A stretch of 64,000 bases of DNA, taken from assembly GCA_020635175.1 (NCBI GenBank), contig JACKAH010000003.1, forward strand, positions 3 through 64,002, read 5' to 3'. Source of the stretch: Deltaproteobacteria bacterium (GTDB lineage Bacteria; Bdellovibrionota_C; UBA2361; J135). Below the pieces are notes generated by a model. That model saw only the letters and a program-made list of their open reading frames with translations, was not told the origin of the DNA and made no database searches. A program made the translations under genes and the position numbers. Below are positions 33,279 through 42,134 of the stretch, one piece after another; position 1 is the first letter of the stretch; each line of letters begins with the position of its first letter.

Positions 33279-34058
33279 TTGTTACTGATGAGATGGCCTC
33301 TGGTCCTGATCTTCCTGATCAACGCAGCGTGTGTGTCTCAGCGTCCGCTCTACGAGAGCGGCCAACTCAACTTGGTCGAGGGAATGACGGTTGCTGAGTT
33401 TCTGGATAGTCCTGAGCGGCTAATCGTGATGATGGACGCGCGCGAGAGCAGTCGCGTCTATATCAGCCCTGATGTTCCTTACGGAGTGCAAGTCCACGCG
33501 TTCGATCGATTCCAAGCTGCATACGCCCAAGTGGTGGAGCAGCTCGGAGATTTCGGCGGAGTTGTAAACTGCTACCTTGTCGACAATCTCACTGGTGGAA
33601 CGCACGGTGATAAGCTGGAAGGTCTGGCAGACAACAGCTACAGTGAAGCCCTGATCTTTGTCGAGTCACCATACTACGACGACGTCATGCGGCATGAGCT
33701 TGTACACGCCTGGTTCAAGTCTCAAGGTGTAAGACTACCGGTTTGGCTTGACGAGGGGCTTGCGGAGTACATCCAAGATGCTGATGACTGGGCTGCTTGG
33801 CTGAAGGAGCATCCTGCCGTCAGCTATAGCGAGCTTTTGCTCTTTAACAGCAGAGAAGATTCGACTGCATGCCGAGCAACGGCATGGGCAATCGTCTCAA
33901 CCCTTCATCAGCGGGATGGGATTCCGTTGAACAGGATCGCCTTGATGACAACTGCTGAGATTCTAGGCTGCTTATCCGGTGAGGAAGCACGCAGCTACGT
34001 TCTCATGCAGACTGAGGAAACCAATGACCCTCCAGGCACCTCTTCTGCGGGAGAGTGA
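33279..34058 (+). CDS. Putative lipoprotein with gluzincin HExxH...E motif
   Basis: Lipobox-like INAAC, then RHELVHAW...PVWLDEGLAEY; GC visibly higher than the flanks. Confidence 0.65.
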   Translation: MLLMRWPLVLIFLINAACVSQRPLYESGQLNLVEGMTVAEFLDSPERLIVMMDARESSRVYISPDVPYGVQVHAFDRFQAAYAQVVEQLGDFGGVVNCYLVDNLTGGTHGDKLEGLADNSYSEALIFVESPYYDDVMRHELVHAWFKSQGVRLPVWLDEGLAEYIQDADDWAAWLKEHPAVSYSELLLFNSREDSTACRATAWAIVSTLHQRDGIPLNRIALMTTAEILGCLSGEEARSYVLMQTEETNDPPGTSSAGE

Positions 34059-34178
34059 GGTGTACTGGAGGGCACGGTTTTTGATTCGTTTGCTCCGAAT
34101 TTAGCTCTTTAGGTTACTCTAGTTATTCTGTTTTTTTAGCTCCTATGCGGATCAAGATTTGTCGATTAAAATAAAGAT

Positions 34179-35228
34179 ATGCAGAGGTTTTTAGGTCAGA
34201 TGAATTTATTACGAGCTTTTTTAGTATTAGTATGTTTTGCACTTGTTCATGAGAGTGCCTTAGCGCAGCCATACAGAGGTATGGCAGTAGGTGATGTTGA
34301 TGCAGATGACATCGCAGATCTAAAGAACCTCCTTGCTCCTAATATTGTCCGATACCAGATAGTCTTTTTTGGAATTGACGAAACCCCAATTGAGGAGGTT
34401 TCCAATATTGCCTATCTAGAATTACTTGACGAAGCTAGCGATAAGCTCCTTTCACTGCTGCCAAGTTTTGAGGCAAACGGCATGAAGGTAGTAATAGATT
34501 TACATACCCCACCTGGAGGCTTCGGAAGTGGCGATTCTCTGCCAGTATATCAGATATACCAGAGTGCTTCGAGGCAGTCTGCGCTCATTACCGCTTGGGA
34601 GCATTTAGCTACTAAATTCAAAGATGAAGAGTCTGTTTATGCCTATGACTTGATTAATGAGCCGATGGTGGGGACTTCAATACCATCTGGGGTTAAGGGA
34701 CTTAATCCCCTTTTTCAAGATCTAATCGATGCAATCAGAGAGATTGATAGCGATACAAAGTTAGTTGTGCAGCCGCCGTATGGTGATCCAAATCGGATTG
34801 ATGAGCTAAGTCTTTTCTCTGATTCAAAGATTATTTACAGCTTTCATACCTACTATCCTCAACATTTTACCTCACAGAAACTTGGTAAGTTTAAAAAGAA
34901 GAGGCAATGGCCAGATAAGCAGTTTGGTAAAAAGGATCTAAACCTCAACTTAGCTAAGGCTTTTGATTTCTCTGCCAACAATGATGTTGAGATCTATGTT
35001 GGCGAGTTTTCAGTCGTTTGCTGGGCGCCACAAAATAGTTCTGCCAGATATCTCAAGTTTCTTATTAAGCAGTTTGAAAAGCGTGGTTGGCACTGGACCT
35101 ATCACATCTTTAGAGAAAGCTCCGTTCATAGCCTTGAGCACAAGTGTAAGCCAAAGAAACAAACTTTCACTGGAAAGCTTAGTAAGCCTGGAAAAAGAAT
35201 CAAAAAATTTATGAGCAAAAATAACTAA
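34179..35228 (+). CDS. Secreted glycoside hydrolase family 5 (cellulase-like)
   Basis: Signal peptide and motifs VIDLH, YDLINEP, YSFH.Y, IYVGEFS and W.W.YH.F. Confidence 0.85.
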   Translation: MQRFLGQMNLLRAFLVLVCFALVHESALAQPYRGMAVGDVDADDIADLKNLLAPNIVRYQIVFFGIDETPIEEVSNIAYLELLDEASDKLLSLLPSFEANGMKVVIDLHTPPGGFGSGDSLPVYQIYQSASRQSALITAWEHLATKFKDEESVYAYDLINEPMVGTSIPSGVKGLNPLFQDLIDAIREIDSDTKLVVQPPYGDPNRIDELSLFSDSKIIYSFHTYYPQHFTSQKLGKFKKKRQWPDKQFGKKDLNLNLAKAFDFSANNDVEIYVGEFSVVCWAPQNSSARYLKFLIKQFEKRGWHWTYHIFRESSVHSLEHKCKPKKQTFTGKLSKPGKRIKKFMSKNN

Positions 35229-35962
35229 GCTTGAGGTTTGCTTGCTACAAATACGTAGTATTCAATTGTGAGCCCTTCTCTTGCTTGAGTCTTGCCAAAT
35301 ACCTCGACTTTAAAGCCAGCCTCTTCAAGGTAACTTCGCATAGTCTCAGGGTCGACAAAGCCTTCTCTTGGTGTTGGTGTTTGGCCGTATTCTGCTTTAA
35401 TCCAGTTTCTAGTTATCTCTACCTCTGCAGAGGTTAATTTTTGATCATAGAAGTAATCACCTAAGATTAGCTTTCCGCCGTCTGAAAGCATTTCAAATGC
35501 GCGCCTAACCATAGTTGGAATCTGATCCCAAGATTTTTTGATCTGATGAACAGCAGCATTACAGATAAACAGGTTTGGTTTCCCTAATAATAGAGTACCT
35601 GAAATTCTTTCAAAATCTTCGTTTTCGAGTACTTCAGCACTTCCTGCAATTCCCGCAACATTAAGAGATGGTTGTGATTGTAATTTTTCTTCCAGGTTAG
35701 AGATAGCATCGACTGAGGGATCAATTCCCAGATAGTGTCCATGGTGTCGCTCAGCAATCTGCGAAGCAGTCCAATCATCACCACATCCGATATCGATTAC
35801 TTTAAGGGGGGCTCCGTATTGGAGCAGGGTTGTCTCAAGAACATCAAGAAACTCGGCATAGGCGAAAGGAAAAGCTCTATTAAAGACCTCTTCGTAGCCG
35901 CGTCTTGCAAAACCATCAAATTCTCTAGCATCACTATGTAGCTCGCCCATCAGTTTCCTCAT
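35225..35962 (-). CDS. Class I SAM-dependent methyltransferase
   Basis: Motifs VIDIGCGD, GIDPS, AAVHQI and L.DGGKL. Confidence 0.8.
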   Translation of the reverse strand: MRKLMGELHSDAREFDGFARRGYEEVFNRAFPFAYAEFLDVLETTLLQYGAPLKVIDIGCGDDWTASQIAERHHGHYLGIDPSVDAISNLEEKLQSQPSLNVAGIAGSAEVLENEDFERISGTLLLGKPNLFICNAAVHQIKKSWDQIPTMVRRAFEMLSDGGKLILGDYFYDQKLTSAEVEITRNWIKAEYGQTPTPREGFVDPETMRSYLEEAGFKVEVFGKTQAREGLTIEYYVFVASKPQA

Positions 35963-36040
35963 TTGGTAGATTTAAAAATCCCCTAAACGGGTCACCAACG
36001 GCTAAGATAGTACTTGAAAACTAGATCTTAATAAAATCTA

Positions 36041-37126
36041 TCAGAGAGACTTCAGGTATGAAGAGATCTCCTGATAGGATCCCTTTGCTAGAATACGATT
36101 TTCTCCTTTTTCTAAGGCTTTATCATACATCGGGTCGTAATAGTGTCTTAAGAGAAGCTCTATCCAGGCAGCATGTTTAGAAATCTGGGGTTCAATTGAA
36201 TTATCGTTAAAAGCATCAGCTATTTTTTGGTAAACCTCGCCAAACATTAGACCTCCAAGACGTTTTTTAACAGCTGTGAGGCTACTTAGTAGTAATTCTT
36301 GCAGCTCAGCAGGGGAAAGCATAGCCGAAGGTTCAAGAACGTATTCTTTAAATATTCGCTCAATTCGATCTGTAAGAGGGGATTCTACTACGATAAGATT
36401 TGAGGTCCTCTTTGCTTCAAAAAGTTTCTCTGGGATTTTAAGTTTCCCGATCATCTTACTTTCGTCTTCGAGTATGACGTATGAAGATTTGTCGTTTGAG
36501 TACCTAAAAAGCTTCAGTGCAATATTGTTTTCAAAAGTTGCTTGTCCTGGTTGCGGATTTAAATGTTTCCCGAAAGCTGAGCCACGGTGATTGGCTAGCC
36601 CCTCTAAATCAAGGACAGCTTTATTTGAAAGTTTTTTTAGGATCTCAGTTTTTCCTGAGCCTGTTCGTCCGCCAATAACAATAAAATTCAAACTCGATGG
36701 TAGCTCTTCAAGTTGTGCTAGGGCGTATTGGCGTAAGAACTTATATCCACCTCGGATGCGTGGAATTTCCAAACCTTGTGCTTGTAGCCATTCCTGGGAG
36801 ATCTTAGAGCGTAACCCTCCACGTGCGCAGTATAGAGCAAAGGGTTTATTTTTTTTGCTAGCGTTGAGCATAGCTTTAACACGGGCATCTTTAATCTCGC
36901 CGCTTATGAGTCTATGACCTAAATCAATTGCTGCTTTTGAGCCCTGCATTTTATAGCAGGTTCCAACTTCTTTTCGTTCTTGGTTGTTGAGTAGGGGAGT
37001 TAGGATTGTTTGACTAAAAGTCGCTGATTCATGCTCTCCTTCTGAACGTACGTCGATGCAGAATTCTCCTCTACTTAGTCGTAGAAAGGCATCACTTGGT
37101 TCAACAAACTCCTCTGTTCTTAGCAT
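36041..37126 (-). CDS. mnmH: tRNA 2-selenouridine synthase
   Basis: Rhodanese IDVRS..E and YCARGGLRS, P-loop GGRTGSGKT, DLEGLANHRGSAFG, EDES..IG and LL.HYYDP.Y. Confidence 0.92.
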   Translation of the reverse strand: MLRTEEFVEPSDAFLRLSRGEFCIDVRSEGEHESATFSQTILTPLLNNQERKEVGTCYKMQGSKAAIDLGHRLISGEIKDARVKAMLNASKKNKPFALYCARGGLRSKISQEWLQAQGLEIPRIRGGYKFLRQYALAQLEELPSSLNFIVIGGRTGSGKTEILKKLSNKAVLDLEGLANHRGSAFGKHLNPQPGQATFENNIALKLFRYSNDKSSYVILEDESKMIGKLKIPEKLFEAKRTSNLIVVESPLTDRIERIFKEYVLEPSAMLSPAELQELLLSSLTAVKKRLGGLMFGEVYQKIADAFNDNSIEPQISKHAAWIELLLRHYYDPMYDKALEKGENRILAKGSYQEISSYLKSL

Positions 37127-37248
37127 GTTGAAATCATAGTGATTTCTGATTCTAAAGTCACTATTAGGTTAAAAACATAACTTTTATTTTGATTTGGCAG
37201 TGCTGTTTTATGATAATCTCTCTGGTCGTTAAGTCTGAGTGTATTTGT

Positions 37249-38712
37249 ATGTTCCCTGGTCCTGAGCCCGAACCAAGAGAAGATGTGGTTGATGAATCAA
37301 TCGATTCAGGCGTGGTATACCCCGACTGTTCTGATAGCGTTTTTCAACTAACAGAAGCTCAATTCGCACAGAGAGAACTTGTAAGAATCGCGTATCTTAG
37401 AGAATGTGGAAAAGATCCTAGCGCAGAAAGATTTTTAAGAGATGCGACTGTTCCTGATCACGGAATACGCTTAGATCCTAGACGTATCGAAGATAGAGTT
37501 ATTATCGCCTTAATGGATCAGCCATTAATTCAACGAACAAGATCAATTCGACAATTAGGAACAGCACATTTAGTTTTTATGGATGGCAATCACGTTAGGT
37601 TTGCCCATGGTGTTGGTTCAGGCGCATTAGCTGCTCAAGCAATTGAGATAATTGCGAGTAGGGCAAACAGAATGGCCGAAGCTGAGATTCGTAAGTATTC
37701 GCCAGCAGTTGTTGCAGTTTCTATCTCTCATGATGTCGGCCATGTTGCTACCGGCTCTCATTTGGGCGAATCGATGTGGTTTCCAAACGAAAAGAAAGCT
37801 CATGAGAAAATTGGTCGTCGATTTGTTGGAGAAGATCTGGGCTTTCAAAATTGTTTAAGAACCTTAGATTCTAAAAATCCACATCTTTTAGATCATGTCT
37901 TAGCTATAATGGATGAGGATTCTAGTTTGCCCCCGTGGACCTGGAAGATGGTTTCGGGTGGAGGATGGAATATCGATCGAGAGGATTGGACACTTAGAGA
38001 TAGCGTTCATTGCGGTGTAAACTATGGACGTCACGATAGGTCAATATTGTTAAACAATCTGGTTGTTACTGATGAAGGTGATTTAGCTATACGTGAACGT
38101 GGGCTCGAAGTAATGGAGCAGTTTTTTGAGGCGAGAAAGCATCTCTATAATTCTGTTTATTATCACGAAGTGTGTCGAGTTGCTTTTGAGATGTTTGTGA
38201 AGCTTGCAGAACGTGCTCGCGAACTATATGCAGCTAAAAAGCTTGAGACCGCGGATCCTAGAATGCAATCGGTTCTCTCTGCTACTACTAGCGAGGACTT
38301 AAGTGTCCCATGCTTACTTGGCATGACTGAATCATGGTTTGGGTATCATCTGGAAGCATGGACGCAAAGCAGAGATCCAATTTTGAGTGATTATGCAACG
38401 AAGCTCTTAACACGTAAGCCATTTAAACATTTCGATGATACTCCAGAAAACAGGGAGAGGTTAACAGCAATAGTAAGTGCTGCAGGTCTTGATCCAAATT
38501 ACTACCTATTAGAAGTAGAACCAGTTGAGCATAAGCATGATAAAGACCTCAGCTCAGCGCTTAGGGTCTTAGCTCGAGATGGAAAGGTAGGAAATTTAGA
38601 AGATTACAGTCAGGTAATGCATGCTTTTCAGGGAATGCAAGGTGTGGCACTGGGTGCCTTGTTGGCAGTGCCCGAAGAGGTGTTTGTGCGTGGCGTCAGT
38701 TTTCAAAATTAG
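37249..38712 (+). CDS. HD-domain phosphohydrolase (YwfO/SAMHD1-like dNTP triphosphohydrolase family)
   Basis: Motifs QRTRSIRQLG, H.RFAH, HDVGH...SHLGE, DREDW.LRDS and R..LY.SVY.H. I prefer ATG 37249 over TTG 37189. Confidence 0.8.
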   Translation: MFPGPEPEPREDVVDESIDSGVVYPDCSDSVFQLTEAQFAQRELVRIAYLRECGKDPSAERFLRDATVPDHGIRLDPRRIEDRVIIALMDQPLIQRTRSIRQLGTAHLVFMDGNHVRFAHGVGSGALAAQAIEIIASRANRMAEAEIRKYSPAVVAVSISHDVGHVATGSHLGESMWFPNEKKAHEKIGRRFVGEDLGFQNCLRTLDSKNPHLLDHVLAIMDEDSSLPPWTWKMVSGGGWNIDREDWTLRDSVHCGVNYGRHDRSILLNNLVVTDEGDLAIRERGLEVMEQFFEARKHLYNSVYYHEVCRVAFEMFVKLAERARELYAAKKLETADPRMQSVLSATTSEDLSVPCLLGMTESWFGYHLEAWTQSRDPILSDYATKLLTRKPFKHFDDTPENRERLTAIVSAAGLDPNYYLLEVEPVEHKHDKDLSSALRVLARDGKVGNLEDYSQVMHAFQGMQGVALGALLAVPEEVFVRGVSFQN

Positions 38713-38729
38713 GAAAGATAATATCAAAC

Positions 38730-38806
38730 TGGCACGCCCGGAGGGAATCGAACCCCCAACCGCTGGATTTGGAATCCAGTGCTCTACCTAGTTGAGCTAC
38801 AGGCGT
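38730..38806 (-). tRNA. tRNA-Trp (CCA)
   Basis: Cloverleaf with acceptor ACGCCTG/CGGGCGT, anticodon arm CTGGA-TTCCAAA-TCCAG and encoded CCA end. Confidence 0.96.
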
Positions 38807-38883
38807 AAACCATCGATTAGCGAGGAACACTATCATAGTAGATTCTTAATGAAAACCATCTGAAATATAGCAAATTAAAAGCT

Positions 38884-39057
38884 GTGAGAAATGAGGCTGA
38901 GATTTCAGTAGCTGAGATTCTAGCGATAGATCCATCTCTGGAGGTATATTCCGAGGCTTTGCAACAAGAATATATCGAGAGTTTTTGTAAGGCGATTTAT
39001 GTTGCTTTTGATGCGATTACTCGAGATGCATTTCGAGAGGCTGCAAGAGATTTATAA
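38884..39057 (+). CDS. Possible 57-aa ORF or gene fragment antisense between tRNA genes
   Basis: GTG-started frame VRNEAEISVAEILAIDPSLEVYSEALQQEYIESFCKAIYVAFDAITRDAFREAARDL; falls below the 60-aa minimum seen in the ORF track. Confidence 0.25.
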   Translation: MRNEAEISVAEILAIDPSLEVYSEALQQEYIESFCKAIYVAFDAITRDAFREAARDL

Positions 39058-39062
39058 AAAAA

Positions 39063-39139
<77 letters not shown>

Positions 39140-39193
39140 TCAAAAATTTCGTAAGAAAGGCTTTTTAATACACCTTTTAGTTTCGAGCAACTG

Positions 39194-39268
<75 letters not shown>

Positions 39269-39441
39269 AATCCTGCTCAAAACAGATGCGAGATTTACGA
39301 TAAATCTATGAATTTAGCAACTTATCATCAAGATAAGCTCTGAAACAGCTATTTGGTCTGGGAATATAAATATCTAAATACTTCGTTGAGCTATTGACCG
39401 ACGTAAGTCTCCTTTGCTACACAACATAATCTAATTTTGGT

Positions 39442-39517
39442 GCTGACATAGCTCAATTGGTAGAGCAGCGGTTTTGTAAACCGCAGGTTGTGGGTTCAAG
39501 TCCCTCTGTCAGCTCCA
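39442..39517 (+). tRNA. tRNA-Thr (TGT)
   Basis: GCTGACA/TGTCAGC acceptor, anticodon arm GCGGT-TTTGTAA-ACCGC and CCA end. Confidence 0.96.
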
Positions 39518-39546
39518 TTTTTATATCTACTCATAACACTCTATAA

Positions 39547-39632
39547 GGTGGGATGGCCGAGTGGTTAAAGGCATCAGACTGTAAATCTGACGACGTTAGT
39601 CTACGTAGGTTCAAATCCTGCTCCCACCACCA
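39547..39632 (+). tRNA. tRNA-Tyr (GTA)
   Basis: GGTGGGA/TCCCACC acceptor, anticodon arm TCAGA-CTGTAAA-TCTGA, long variable arm and CCA end. Confidence 0.96.
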
Positions 39633-40002
39633 CTTAATACAGAATAATGAATCAAATGCTCACTAGTTCGCATTTGCCTCTGTTAGTCGCTAAATCAGAG
39701 CTTCGCTCTGTAAGCGCCTCCCGCATCCCTCGCTAACGCGAGTACTTCCCCCGTGAGGGGGGAAGAATTAAGGGAGCAGGATTTGAACCAAAAGAAAGAG
39801 TAAATCCTGTTGGATGCGTAGCGAAGCGTAGCATCCTGCTCCCACCACCACTTAATACAGAATAATGAATCAAATGCTCACTAGTTCGCATTTGCCTCTG
39901 TTAGTCGCTAAATCAGAGCTTCGCTCTGTAAGCGCCTCCCGCATCCCTCGCTAACGCGAGTACTTCCCCCGTGAGGGGGGAAGAATTAAGGGAGCAGGAT
40001 TT
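39615..40002 (+). repeat. Two 170-bp direct repeats (period 218 bp), each starting with the last 18 nt of tRNA-Tyr
   Basis: 39615-39784 and 39833-40002 look identical by eye. Each begins ATCCTGCTCCCACCACCA and ends GGGAGCAGGATTT; the spacer is 48 bp. Confidence 0.92.
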
Positions 40003-40087
40003 TAATATGGCGTTTGTTTTGGAAACCGGTTTGGACTAGTCTTAGCGATCATTGTTGTGATTCTAAGTCTGAAGAGGAGTCAATGTT

Positions 40088-41386
40088 GTGGATGGTGAAT
40101 TAGTAGGCGCAAGCTCTCCCGTAAGTCCTGAGCGTTTTTTACCAGCAGGTCTATTACAACCTGATTACAGATGGGAGATTGTCGATCCCGAAGAATGTGC
40201 CAGGCTCTTACCTACGGCACATCAAGCACTTCATCTTTTTCGTTTCCAAGATACTGCTAACGGCTTTTCAATGAGCATTGCAACAGTAGCTGAACCTAAT
40301 TCTGGAAAGTATTCCTTAGGCGGTCTTAGAATAGTTCCAGAAGCCGATATGAGATCGAGAGGCTTTTCTGCAGATAAGGTTGCTCTAGGACTTGCTGATG
40401 GGATGGAGCAAAAAGTTTTCTATAGTAGATTAGTGCCGTTTGAGGGCCTAAGAATCTCTGAGTCTTTGAGACGTGGTGAGATAGTAGGCGGCAAGGTAGT
40501 GGTTTGTCCAAATCGTGAAGGCTGGGTTGGACAAGCTAACGATAGAGAGTTTTTAGATTTCGTAATTAAGGGTCTTCAGACATTTGAAGCTGAATACGGA
40601 GTAACTCTTGTTACTGGGCAGGATGTTGGCCATGGCGTTTTACATTCGCGAGAAGGGGATGACGGCATAGTCACTTCTCTTCGTTATTTAAATGAACGTT
40701 TTGTTGGTTCCAGAAATACAGATACTTCTTTTGCAACAGCACATGGAAACATTGCAGTTTTAAGTGGCCTGCGTGATGCGTTTGAGATACCTATTCATCA
40801 ATTGAGACTTGGACTTTGCGGTTTTGGCGCTGTTGGAAGACGTCTGATTGATGGATTTCGTTGGAAGGGAGTTGATGTAACCGGTTTGCATTTGGCCGAA
40901 TATGACGAAGCCAAATTTCCTGATGCAAGAACTTCTTTGGAAGATCCTGACGGCATTCGGGTTCATCCTTATAGTGATAGAGGTATTGTCGCAGGCGAAG
41001 AGATAGATGGGTTTGTTGTTAACGCGCTGAGGGGCTCCTTAACACAAGATGTTGTGCGAGCGTTGTGTGCGAATACGAATGTAAGGTTCGTTACAGGATG
41101 TGAGAATCTGCCTTTTCCTTTAGAATTTGCAGATCAAGGAGAGAGGGAATTAATGCAAAGTGGAACATTGTGGATTCCTACAGAATTCACAGGGATGATG
41201 GGCTTTATAACAGCTGTAGAATCTGTTCACGCTGAAAGGTTGGGGGATCCATTTCATGTAACTGACATGAAAGCACCAGCTAAGCTTTTGCGCCCATACG
41301 TTGCTGAACTTGCCCGTAGATATATCGAGAGTGTTGTAGCAGGAAGTCCTGTCTCTCGCTTTAACAAGTTGCTGTCTACTCACTAA
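40088..41386 (+). CDS. Divergent Glu/Leu/Phe/Val amino-acid dehydrogenase-like protein
   Basis: Motifs LGGLR, GGK, TGQDVG, Rossmann GFGAVG, NALRGSL and CENLP. Confidence 0.55.
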   Translation: MDGELVGASSPVSPERFLPAGLLQPDYRWEIVDPEECARLLPTAHQALHLFRFQDTANGFSMSIATVAEPNSGKYSLGGLRIVPEADMRSRGFSADKVALGLADGMEQKVFYSRLVPFEGLRISESLRRGEIVGGKVVVCPNREGWVGQANDREFLDFVIKGLQTFEAEYGVTLVTGQDVGHGVLHSREGDDGIVTSLRYLNERFVGSRNTDTSFATAHGNIAVLSGLRDAFEIPIHQLRLGLCGFGAVGRRLIDGFRWKGVDVTGLHLAEYDEAKFPDARTSLEDPDGIRVHPYSDRGIVAGEEIDGFVVNALRGSLTQDVVRALCANTNVRFVTGCENLPFPLEFADQGERELMQSGTLWIPTEFTGMMGFITAVESVHAERLGDPFHVTDMKAPAKLLRPYVAELARRYIESVVAGSPVSRFNKLLSTH

Positions 41387-42010
41387 GTAAGTTCGTCTTC
41401 CCAGTTCTCAGGGTAGCAGTGACAAATCGCAGGTTTAATTGAGACGGCTGAATTCACATCTGTAATCTCAGCTTCATAGTGACACTCGAAGCTGCCAGTT
41501 GATTTGCCCTGATCGTCTTTTAGTGGTTCGCATATCTTCTTAAAGTCGATTGCATCTTTAGAGATTAAGATAGCTGTTGGTTTGCATGTAAAACCTTGTT
41601 GGCATCCGTTATGTTCACGATTTGAGCAAAGATCATCAAAATTTAATTTGAAGTATTGATAGATCTCCTCAGAGGCTTTTGCTTTGTCTTCATTCTGTGC
41701 GCGACCACCGCCTCTGGCAGTTTCAATCCAAGAACTAGACACAATTTTGTCTCCATCATTTGATCCTTCAGGCTTTGTGCCGCTTCGGTAGCCATTTTCA
41801 TAACATTGGCCACCCAAGATACTGTTGCGGCCACAGTTCTCCCTAAAGGCGCTGAGGCCATGTTCTGAGATAAAATTCTGCGTGCCCCTTTCTGAATCTT
41901 CAGATCTCGCAGCTGCAAGTTCACTGCGTAGGCTGTCTTCTGCAAGTACGTTTTGAAAATTAGTGAGAAAAATAATGAAAATAAATTAGAGATAGTTGAG
42001 AAAATTTCAT
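41383..42010 (-). pseudogene. Cys-rich secreted hypothetical protein with a +1 frameshift in the signal-peptide region
   Basis: The frame of track ORF 41383..41817 stays open upstream to about 41985 (FIFIIFLTNFQNVLAEDSLRSE...). ATG 42010 lies in another frame; removing one base joins them. Confidence 0.5.
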
Positions 42011-42134
42011 AGAAGTACCCCAAATAACCAAACCAATAACCATTTCATGTTATTGAAATTTAGAGAGATCTGTAACATAAAAAATGCTATCAGTTGGCTG
42101 TTGATATATTGAACTTATTTTCTGGGTTAATGTA

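Noticed and set aside
39615-40002. CRISPR array or prophage attL/attR
   Set aside because: Only two long identical units with one spacer and no cas genes. The DNA between the tRNA-end duplications is 200 bp and has no integrase.
41643-42023. 126-aa minus-strand ORF
   Set aside because: It overlaps the Cys-rich gene in another frame and is better explained as a shadow of the frameshifted gene.
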